DNA of 61,513 nt, filler included, from Dirinaria sp. TL-2023a (taxonomy: Eukaryota), in assembly GCA_051941275.1 (NCBI GenBank). It is 3 parts of 3 records of this genome, joined end to end, with 100 filler letters (N's around TTAATTAATTAA, not from the genome) between each part and the next. Parts side by side here need not be neighbours in the genome. Positions count along the whole stretch, not along the records: positions 41,084 to 61,513 come from JAVEBF010000288.1; 2 more parts are not named here. One strand, written 5' to 3'. Positions 50,659-61,513 of the stretch are shown in pieces. The position numbers were made by a program, and so were the translations under genes. Every line of letters begins with the position of its first letter. Positions within the stretch are counted from its first letter, which is position 1. The notes below the pieces were generated by a model. The model saw only the letters and a program-made list of their open reading frames with translations. It did no database searches and was not told the DNA's origin.

Positions 50659-53600
50659 TTATCCGTTCTTTCCACCTTCCACACCATCCTGGACCAGGTT
50701 TTTATCTATCAAAGTGGATTCTGCCGCTATCTTACCCCCAAGGTGATCTATACTAGGGCTGTTCATCAAGACCATCAACGGCACTTTGGCGTCCAAGTCG
50801 CACGTGATCCAATTTCTGAACTCGACTGCTACAAGGGAGTCGAGCCCGTAGGCTACAATAGGTTTTTTGCTGTCGACATCGTCTTCGGTGATCATGAGTA
50901 AATTTGCTAGTTTCTTGATTAGTAAACCCACAATGATTTCCGTCGCTGAAGCAACGGAGGATGCGGCTTTAAGGCGCTGTCGTACGGGCACAACACCTTC
51001 AGTGGAGGTCTCGGTGCAGGCGGACATCGACTGAACGTCATGAAGGACGTGGCTGAACTTGGGATCAGATCCCCAGACAGGAAGAGGTTTTTCTGGAGAA
51101 AGCTTGAACCCAGTCAATGTTTGCTGATATATAGGGTTGTGGGGATTATCAATGGCAGCTTTAATTAGAGCATGAAGTTCGCACTCGGAAAGACTGTCGT
51201 GGGCCGCAAGACCGATTTCTGTGCGACGATCGATGTTCTCGGCAACGTAACCAACATTTTCCACGATGCCAATATCAATTGTGCAAGCTGCTAGACCAAG
51301 GCTTTGTCGGTAAGCAGCAAAGGAATCCAGGAAGGAATTCGAAGCTGCGTAGGCGGTCTGCCCGGGATTACCGAGAACACCAGAGCCAGATGCAAGTACG
51401 ACGAAGAAATCCAAAGGTGAGGTCAAAAAGCTATGATGCAGATTCAAGGCACCGTTAACCCTAGGGGCAATGTTGAGTGTCCAGTCTTCGTGAGAGATCC
51501 GGTCAAATAGAGCATCTCTGAGCGCCATTGCTCCATGAATGACGCCTCGAATTGGTGGCATGGTCTGATGACATTCGTCAACAAGAGACTGAACTTGGGA
51601 GCGATCAGCGATGTCGCATGCTTTGACAACCACGTGGGCACCAAGACATTTGACTTCATCGATAAGCTCTGTGATGCCCGATTGCTGAAGTCCACTGCGT
51701 GATGCAAGCACGATGTGCTTTGCTCCCTGACCAGCGAGCCATCTAGTGATGGACCTTCCCAAGCCACCTGTGCCCCCTGTGATGAGATAGGACGCATGCG
51801 GGGACACGGAGACTTTTGGTAGAGGAGCTGGCATAGCCTGTTGAATACTTTCAGTTTCATCATCTGCATTATATTGTCCCGTAGACTCACCTGCACTTTA
51901 TCACAAGTATTTACTTCAACGACTACTTTGCCCATATGTTTCCCTCCTTGCATTACGCGCATACCTTGACCGAGCTCGGACATGGGTAAAGTCTTAATGG
52001 GGGTTATTGGTCGTATGATATTGCATCGATGCAGCTCCATAATATCCGTGAGCATTTGTTTAATCATCTGGGGTTTGGCTTCTAGAAGAACGCCAAGATC
52101 CACAGATATGAAGGAAACCGAGTCTGCAAATTTTTCCATTTCGAGATTTGCGTTTTGCACAATATCCCGCTTTCCGATTTCAATGAATCGACCGAGAGGT
52201 GCAAGACACTGAAAAGATTGATGCAGTATCTCGCCTGCCGTAGAGTTCAAGATTACATCAACTCCTCGCTGATTTGTTTTTCTCATTAATGTTCTCGCAA
52301 AAGTGGTGTCACGACTAGAGAATATATGATCCTCTGGTATGCCGTATCTTTCAAGCAGAAGACTGCACTTTTCGCTCGAACCTACGGTTGCGTAGATTTC
52401 TGCTTTCGCGTTCTGCGCAAGCATGATAGCTGCTTGCCCCACACCGCCAGCAGCTGCGTGGATCAAGACTTTGTCGCCTTCACGTAATCTGCCCATCTCG
52501 AGTAATGCGTAACGAGCGGTGCAGAATACGACAGGAAAGGAGGCCGCTTCAGAGAACGTCATGTCTGACGGCATACCTGTCATCATCGAGTTCTTCACTC
52601 GCACTGATGAGGCATAAGCCCCTTTGGCCATTCCACAGACCCTATCACCAACTCTGAAGTCATAGACATCAGACCCTATGCGGCTGATAACTCCACTGCA
52701 CTCAAGACCCAGATCATGATAGTAGGGGATCTGTCCAAGGCTAATCATGACATCCTTGAAATTGATGCCTGTTGCTTTCACAGATATTTCGACCTCATCA
52801 TTCAAGAGAGGAAGCTGTAAGGTCTCATCAGCAACAAAAAATATACTGTCAAGCAGGCCTATCTGGCCAAGCTTCAGCTTCAAAGGCCGGCCTTCCTGGA
52901 CGAGATACTCCGGCTGTGGCAGTGGTGGACGTGTTTCTCGGACTACATACTCGTCCTTGCGTTTGTCCTTCAGAATTCGGGGAATGTAGAATACTCCATT
53001 TGTTTCTTTAAATTCCATGTCAGCGGCAAGACCTGATCTTTTCAAATTAAAAACGTGGCTGGCCGCTTGCAGGATGAGTTCTGCAGTATCGTCATCTGAC
53101 AGCCGAACTTTTGCGTCGAAGTCGATAGTCGCGAATCGCAGACCTGCATTTTCTGACCTAATAGATCGTGCCAAGCCAGCCACCATGTTGGCTAAAGGTT
53201 GCTGAGTTGAAGCTCCACGAGTAACCCAGAGTATCCCGCGAGCCAGTTGAAAAATGCTTTGCATTCTCTCCAGCGCTGTCCCATCGATCTCGAACCAGAA
53301 GGCGTCCTCCATTTCTAGAACAATAGCGTACTTGTCATTCAAGTCCGCCTCTAGCAGCTGACCGACGGAGACCACTCGAGTGGCTCTATCGCTCAAGTTC
53401 ATGCAAAGAGTATCGGTCAATGGGTCTTCCTTTCGCGAGAAGGTTTGAACGAGACTAAGATCCGGACAAGAGGGCTTTTGGTCAGATTTCGCTGTCGCTA
53501 ACATAACGCTAGCAATGCTATGACCGTCACCATTGATCTGTACACTCCCATCGACTCCTGTGAATCCATTTTCGTGAAGAACGCCATCCCAATGCGATTC

Positions 53601-56600
53601 TTTAAGGAATGGCCCATCACGGCGTTCAGGCTCCTCTCCAAGCCACCATCCTGCACATACATTTACATGTTAGTCAATATCCGCATTGGGCGACAAGACA
53701 CAAGATTAAATTGTTATGTGATGCAACCCCGTTGAGATTACTCCTTACCTGGAAGAGTCCCAAAGATAATCATATTCGACAAAAGCTGCCCTGTAATTTC
53801 CGCGATAAGAGCTTTACCACCCGGCTTAAGTAACCGCCGAACATTGCCAATAGTATTCGCCATGTTGGCCGTAGCGTGAAGGACGTTTGTGGCCACAACA
53901 AGATCATACGATTCAGATTGGAAACCCTGGCTAATGGGGTCTTGCTCTATATCTAGCTTTCGATAACCTAGAAAAACGCCAGAGTCAGTGATCGCTTCTC
54001 CGAATGTGAGTGGTTCAAATGAAACATAGCTTACTGATCCTCTCGGCCCATTCTGCTTGCTCTACCTCCGCACTTTCGAAAAAGCCTGTCGATACGTCAG
54101 TGAAGTCGAAATGGGCAAATCTATGGCCCATCTGGCGAAGCATTGGCATTGTTGCGCCGCCTGTGCCAGCCCCAAGTTCAATAATCCGCATGTTGGGGTT
54201 CTGATGCGCTAGCTTCCCAAGAATGGATGCTGTACGCTCGTAGCCCCAGTTCACCATATCATGCTGACGATAGTAGTTTTTGAGCATGTTATCTTCCAGC
54301 ATAATTGTGAGAGGCTCGACTTCTTGTCGAAAAATATAGGATAAATTACGGCCCATATTACACACCAAGCGCCCACAGTCGTCAGAAGACTCCACTTCCT
54401 GGAGAAATTTGGTCTTCTCCGCTGCTCCAGACTCAAGCCAATAGAAGTTCTGAAAGGGCAAGCATCTGCGATGACCTTCTTCGACTACAGCAGATAATAC
54501 CCTGAATAACTGTTGAAGGTGTGGTGAGAACCGTGTAGCTTCTTGCGGTATAATGTCCGCGATGGTGAGCTCGATATGAGCAAATGCAGCTCTCTCCAGT
54601 TTGTCTATCTGAGGAGTTGAACCCTTCTGATTTATTGGGCCGTCAAAAATGGTACGGAAATTCTTGGCAGACAGTAGATCCAGGTAAGGCTCCCAGTTCA
54701 ACATGTAACATAATTCGCGTTCACCAGAGTGGGCAATGTCGACATTCTGATCTGGTAGTTTTGTCACCACTAAACCATCCACTTTAATAAGCGGGTCTGA
54801 ATTGAACTCTCTATCCAGAACAAAAAAGGACGCGTGGATGTCCGGATTAGTAGTATTGACAATGGGTGAAGCCTGCGCGTAGCTAGCAAGTTGGAATCTG
54901 GGGGACGTAGGTAGGGCATGGCATATGGTGACCTCTTTCACAAAGGTTGGCACATGTATGTCGCTGCGGGAAAGATCGCCTCCAGCGGCGGCAAAGTCAA
55001 CAACCTGAAAGCATGCGTCGAAGGTACCTGGGTGAATTATGTGCATGCTTTCGTGATTGTTGGGCATCATCACTGCAGTATCGGGAATGATGATGATACC
55101 AATCGAAAGCCCGTTAGCAGCGTAGGCAGCAGAGATGTTTCGGAAGGCTGGACCAAATTCAAGGCCGCGCCGAGAAAAACGTGAGTAGATATCACTTGTA
55201 GTCAAGGTCTTCGTACATGAGCTGTTGAAGCTGTCGACAGTGTCTTTGTAATATCCCTTATCATCTTCAACTTGACGCGCTCCGTTAATTGGATTTGGCT
55301 CGAAGTCACCGTGGGTCAGCGAGATGAAACCATGGCAATGCTCTGCCCAGCCGCCTTCGTGAGTCCAAGAGAAAATCTGAAATTCGTTCCACGTATTTGA
55401 GACACTACGAGAGCCTTCCCTATGAGGACGCAGAATCAGCGACACTTCTGTCGCAGAATCATGCACAAGTACCATGGAACGGCCAATCTTGACTTGTCGC
55501 AGCTTGTACTGGCTTGCTGACGTGACAGAAATCTCATGCAGTAAAGCGTGCTGGTACGCGGCTTCAATTGCCATAGCTAGATAGCCAGTTAAGGGAAAGA
55601 TCGTGGAGCCTTGAACTTGATGATCCGCTAGCCAGGGGACGTCCGATATGCGGAGAATGTTTCTCCATCTAGGCTCAACGTGATTATAGTCATCGACAAG
55701 ACTACCCAATAAATCACTTCGAGGAAAGGCTCTACGTCGGTGATTTGCACTTAATCGTGATTCGTGCCAGTGTCGCTTGCTGTGGTTCCAAGGATATGTC
55801 GGGAGGTCTCTTAGAAGCGGTGGAGGTTCAAGATTTGCATGATTGATGGCTTTGAGATCAAGTCGGCAGCCTAAGACGAATAGCGCCGATGCAAGTGAAA
55901 GCATGGTAAGGCTTGCATTCTGGCCTCTTGTCAAGCTAGAGAAGTATCTTACTCTTGAAGCCCAGTGCGAATTGCTCCTCATGATATCTCGTATGGGAGA
56001 CTCTAGCGTGCAATGTGGTCCGATCTCGATGAGCGCATCTGGACCTTGACGTTCAGTGTACATGCTTTGAACAGCATCCAAAAATTGCACCGGACTAGTC
56101 ATATTCTCAACCCAGTAGGCAGCATCAAGAGATTTTGTGTCGATTTGACGGCCATGCACGGACGAGTGGAATTCCACATTCTGAGCGAGTTGGGGTTCGA
56201 CAGACTTTAGGGAAGCCAGATACTCGGACGAGATGTCTTGCATGTGATGTGAATGATAGGCAACATCCACCTTCAATTGACGACTGAAGTGATTCTCTTG
56301 TTCTGTAATGTTTTGAAGCCTTGAAATACCTCGCTCATCTCCGGAAGCAGTAATTAGAGATGGACCATTGACACAAGCTATGACCACTTGTGCGGACCCT
56401 AGTCTCTCGAGCATTGGCCGAACTTTTGCAGAAGAGGCCCCGATTGCAAGCATCCGTCCAGAACGTCCTGTTTGACCTTTGCTCAGAGTCTCTGCTAATG
56501 CGCCACGTTGATACGAAATCAACAAGCAAGCTCGTGCAGAAAGTGCACCAGCAGCGTAGGCTGCCGCAATTTCTCCGCTCGAGTGTCCAGCAACGGAAGA

Positions 56601-59046
56601 TGGTTTGATACCCCAAGAACAGAGTAGACATACAAGGGCAATTTGGACTGCGGTGGTGGCAGGTTGGCTAATTACGGGTTGGTTCACCAGAGAGGACTCA
56701 GCGTCTTTTCCTAGCTCGACTAGGATACGTCAACAATTTTCTGTTCATGACAGACATCATCTTCACCTACCTAACAGCGACCAATCAGCTCCAAAGTCCT
56801 TCAAGTACGCATCCGACTCCTGCATAGACTTCGCAAAGATCTCGTATGAAAAGAGCTCTCGGCCCATCGCATGCCATTGAGAACCTTGTCCCGTGAAGAC
56901 GAATCCCAGGCTTGGCTTGTTAAAGGATCTGGTGAAATTCCCGGAGCTACTAGCTAATGCTTCCCTCAGTTCTGTTGAGGTGGATGCAGCCACCGCTTCT
57001 CTCCAGTCCAATGTCGAGCGTCGATGGCCCAGAGTGAACGCCAATTGCTCTAAGAACATTGCGTCATCAGAAGCCTTGGCTTCGGAAAGATACGACGCTA
57101 GACTAATCAGCCTTAAAGGTGTAGAAGCGTGTGTGGAACGTTAAGAAAGGAAGATGTTTCGAGAGCGTTGAGGTAGACTTACCAAGCCTATCCATGTAGC
57201 ACTTCAGCGATATCTTATCGCCAGCACTAAACACAAACAGATATCTGCTCGACGCGCTGTTCTGTTCAAAAGACTCCGATGTCGCTACAGACTTAGCTTT
57301 TGTCCAAACGCCGTTGGTGTGGTGATCATCAATCCCCTTTGTATGCGGGTACCCGTTTGATGTTTGCTTTCCAATATACTGTTCGAGGATGACGTGTGCA
57401 TTGGTACCTACAACCTACAGTTATTAAAAGACAAAACCAGGAGATCATGCTAATTTGCCTCCGAACCCAAAGTTATTTATCGAAGCTCGTCGCGTTCGTG
57501 ATGTGGGCCAAGGTGCAAGCGAAGTTGGTACCTGAGTCTGGTAAGCCCAAGCTAAATAAAGATGTCGAGAATGGTACTTTCAGCTTCCAAGTCGCAAGCG
57601 GAATCGCCGGGTTCGGTGCCTCAAAGTTTATATTCGGAGGTATAATACCGTTTTCCAAGGCGTATATAACCTTGACCATCCCAGTCAACCCGCTGGCAGC
57701 TTCCAAATGCCCGACGTTGGTTTTGATAGAGCCCACGAACAATGGCTCGTCCCGGCCGTTAGTAAAGATTCTAGAGATTGCTTCTGCTTCTACAGGATCG
57801 CCAGCCGCTGTGCCCGTTCCGTGAGCTTCAACATAATCGGTCGCAGCTGGATCTAGCCCAACTGCGCGGTATGTACACTCCATCAAGCTTGCTTGAGCTT
57901 CACAGCTTGGAAAAGTAATACCATGTGTTTTACCGTCTTGATTGATGCCTGTGTTGCGTATGACGGCTCGAATGTTGTCCGAATTCTGGATGGCAGCGTC
58001 TAAGGGCTTTATTAGAAAGCTTACAATTCCCTCACCACGACCGTAACCAGTTCCTCGAGAATCAAATGTATATGACCTCCCCTGTTCGCCGAAGAGTCTA
58101 AAAGCGATTAGAATATGCACTTGGACGAAGCCCATCAACCCACCTGAGCATGCTCATTCCCACCATAGTGTCTGGGCTAAGCATGATATGGGCACCACAT
58201 ACAACAGCCTGACTGATCTCGCCAGATCGCAGGCTTTGACAGGCAGTATGAAGTGCCGCCAAACTCGAGGAACAGGCTGTATCCATAGTAATTGAGGGGC
58301 CTTTAAGGTCGAACACGTAACTGATACGATTAGACAGAATATTGGCTGAAGTACCAGTTGATTGATATACTGGGAGGTCCTCAACATCTTTCGATAGGAG
58401 GTTGGTGTAGTCAATCTGAGCGGCTCCAACGTAAACGCCTGTAGACGTACCCGCGATGTCATCGAGGGGCACGCCAGCTGCGTAACCCATTTAGCGATCT
58501 GGCTTCGCTTTGTCAAGTCCGAATAATTTACCGTTTTCGAGAGCTTCATATGTGACTTCGAGCAGTAGTCGCTGTTGAGGATCCATCGCCTAATTCAATT
58601 GTTAACCCTAACTTAAAATGAGCCTTAGGTACTTGCCTTCGCTTCATTTGGAGATATGTTGAAGAACGGAGCATCGAAAAGTCCAACATCTTCTTTCAAA
58701 AAGTGGGCTCCAGTACAGTTGAACTACGTTCATTGTGAGCCCGCACTGTGAGAGAGTCAGGATCATTTCGGGAACATACACAGCCACTTTTTGATGGGTT
58801 TGGATGGAAGTAAGCTGCTGCGTTCATTCGATCCTTTCGAATTTCGGACCACGCTGATTTACTGTTGCAGCACATCTCCCACAAGGCTTGAGGAGTCGTT
58901 GCATCTCCAGGAAATCGACCAGCAAGGCCAACAACAGCAATGGGCATTGTTGCGGCCTGCGACGGCGAAGAAGTAGGATCCTTTGCATCTTGCTCACTAT
59001 CAGGGCCATGCATGCCGTTGAGATTCTGAGTGAAAGTCATTGGCAT
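50659..59046 (-). CDS. Highly reducing iterative type I polyketide synthase (KS-AT-DH-cMT-ER-KR-ACP), multi-exon
   Basis: [83 protein letters not shown]. c[59 protein letters not shown]. No release domain. Confidence 0.96.
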
Positions 59047-59695
59047 GATAATCCTTCGTGTAGCAAAATTTTGAAGGACTTGAGAATAACAGCAAGAAAT
59101 CAGAGATATAAACTCGGTGGTTGGGGCCTCAGGTCCACGAGTAATTCTTAGAGTACGAAGGGTGAGATCGTAATCTCTGCGTCAACCGAGTGGCAACCCG
59201 TAGTGCACGCGATTTTAGCTAGTTAGTGTGCTAGGACCACTGCGTAAGATGACTAGCATATACCGTACAGCTAGTTGAAGGATTCAATTTTGTGTCTCGA
59301 TCCTGGACCTGAGGCGCATTCGGATGCACCAGCATGCAGAAAGGTCTGGTGGCAAGGAGGCCGGAATGGTGACGTATCGTTACGGATCTTTGAAGGCACA
59401 CAGTAGAATAAGCTTACGGAGTTGATCGAAGTGGTGCATTTTACACGGCGCGCTCCGGACATTCTCGGAGACTGTCGACAATAAAGACTTAAGATAGTAT
59501 AGATAAGCACTGGTGGTGCGTATTGAATATACCGTTACTTACGATCAAATTATTTTCAAATTGCGCGAGTAAAGCTTTGCTCCTGGGAAGGATCTACCGA
59601 AAAGGAATCGCCTAATTCAAAGACTCATCTATCACCGTCGTGTGGCGATAGTCACTATCAAACTGTGGACAGCCCTGACAAATTATGCCCAAGGC

Positions 59696-60552
59696 CTACA
59701 GGTGGGGATGGCTGCATTCGAGACTCCTCTGAATGGCTTGTCGTATCTCCCTGGCCATAGCTCGAGTAGTTGAGGGGTCCCAAGGAATAGCATGACTCCT
59801 GCCATGGTCGTAGATTTCTGCCGACTGTCTATCACAGAGGTTGTACAAGGCCAGAGAAGCTCGGTAGCCAGGATCTCTTGATCCGACGATATGGGCTGTT
59901 GGGATGGTGATGCGTGCTGGCGATTCGTCCGCAAGGATAACTCCACGATCTTGGCATCGCTGAGGAGGAGTCCCGCAAAGAAAAACCGCGAACTTGAATC
60001 GGCTCTTGAGGTTTTGCGCCGCATGGCGGAGCAGTAGACTGGCAGCCACGGAAGCACCTTCGGAAAAGCCTAGTATACCATCGAAAATGTCTTCCTCCTC
60101 CTGCACAGCGAGTTCTTCAACGAAGTCGCAGGCCGGCGCTGCACTGAAATCAAGTAGGCCATGCTGTCCTAGCTTTCGCATAAACTCTTCTGGGCTCAGT
60201 TTTTCTTCCGAACGTGCGCTGTCGAGGCCTCCCGCTAGGCCAGTCAATTGAGGGGCGTCATCGCCATAGAAACGGTAGTAAGGGCCTTCGTATTGTTCGG
60301 CTACGCCCACCATAGCGGGTGCTAGATTGGGTCCATCGATAAAGGTTAGGTGCAGCTCATGGGTCTTGCGTAGTTCGTACAGCACAGGAGCTTTGTTTAA
60401 TCAGTCGACGAATTGCGAGTATGTGCTGCTAATCACCTAGCTGGGTTTGCAGAATCTGTCGGAGGATGTTAGCTGGATCTGTTTCAGGCGTAGGCTTCAG
60501 TCTGAGATACATTTGCGTTCATGCCCACGCCGTGAAGACAGAGAATCCTCAT
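59696..60552 (-). CDS. FSH1/LovG-like serine hydrolase, candidate trans-acting PKS thioesterase (3 exons)
   Basis: MRILCLHGVGMNAN start (ATG 60552), GILGFSEGASVA nucleophile elbow, IPTAHIVGSRD (Asp) and DHGRSHAIP (His). Lies directly upstream of the PKS in the same orientation. Confidence 0.9.
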
Positions 60553-61513
60553 CCTGCGCTCTGAGTGTTACTGAGACGAGAACAACCAATGAGTCGTTTT
60601 CAAAGAGGCTGATCGAGGGGGTTCCGTGTCTGGAAAAACCGACGGTCATGAATCCTATGCTACCAGCCATAATGTGGGTATCGATGATTACAGTACGTCT
60701 TGATCCCATTGTATTGATTTCAAGGCGTTCGGTGTTCGAGACCCGAAAGGAGCAGATGTCCAATGATTGGTTTGCATCATTCAGCATAGGATTCTTCTAC
60801 GTGCATCACACCAAGATTTTGCATTGCCGTTCCGATGATGAAGTTATGCCAAAACCAACGGAGGTGCGGAAACAACACTGGTTGGCGGTGATACTGTTGA
60901 AGATGAGGTGGGCGTACTCGTACGTCCGATATCATCAACAAGTGGACGAGGTCGGCGGGCAGGATTGAGCATAGCGGGAAGTACGGGCCGTGTCTGAACT
61001 AGGTTTGCGGCTGATGGGCTAGCAAAGCTTAGCGCCTTGGCATGATCTGCCGACAGCTGATTTGATCGGTTCATCCTTCCCCTCGTTCGTTGCCACGAGG
61101 TAATTCGATATTACTTTATTCTACGGCGCCCGCTAAGCACACACCCCCCCTTTCTTGTTGTCACACCGCCCCTCTCAACTCCTGCCCAGACTCACACCCT
61201 TTCTCAGACTTACATGGTCGATCGTTCACTCATTCTCAAGGCATTCAAGAGACCAATTATCAAAATTATAATGATACTGTTCAAGTAATCATGATGTTCT
61301 TTGAACGTTAGAATGTGCTCTTTCGCAAAAACTTCGAAATTGTCTCGGATAATTTTTTAGCCGAGAGCCGAGAGGATTCTTGAACTCAACTACCCAACTT
61401 TCTCATACCTCTGGCGCCTACGTCATACTTATCTTTAAGTTCTATCAAATGTTGACACAGTGCATGCTCTTCACAAGAGAAGTATCGAACGATCGACCAT
61501 GTAAGTCTGAGAA

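Noticed and set aside
60600..61513. Cluster-specific transcription factor or other gene upstream of the hydrolase
   Set aside because: No Zn2Cys6 or other motif; only short, unconvincing ORFs.
1..61513. tRNA, rRNA or CRISPR arrays
   Set aside because: None recognised by eye; the sequence is eukaryotic. tRNAscan-SE/Infernal would be needed to exclude small RNAs.

Overview
Intron-containing filamentous ascomycete (Pezizomycotina) DNA. It is made of three sequence blocks joined by artificial 100-nt N44-TTAATTAATTAA-N44 spacers (20448-20547, 40984-41083), so adjacency across the spacers is unproven. Block 1 (1-20447) holds mostly conserved genes: a tandem-CCCH protein, an acyl-CoA dehydrogenase, INCENP, a reticulon, an Xbp1-type APSES factor and a pathogen-related protein. 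Block 2 (20548-40983) is accessory-like: a GMC oxidoreductase, a stand-alone triple-WW protein ending [11 protein letters not shown], an orphan Cys/His-repeat protein, an NmrA-like reductase, an FAD/NAD(P)-binding protein, an unknown membrane protein and a ZNFX1-like relic. Block 3 (41084-61513) is a secondary-metabolite cluster. It contains an apparently intact highly reducing PKS (KS-AT-DH-cMT-ER-KR-ACP), an FSH1/LovG-like hydrolase and an unusual ~1,676-aa A-T-C protein fused in frame to a BAHD/Tri101-type acyltransferase. It also contains a P450 destroyed by a LINE insertion, LTR-like sequence and G>A mutations with a non-canonical GpG bias. All calls come from manual motif recognition; no database searches were run.
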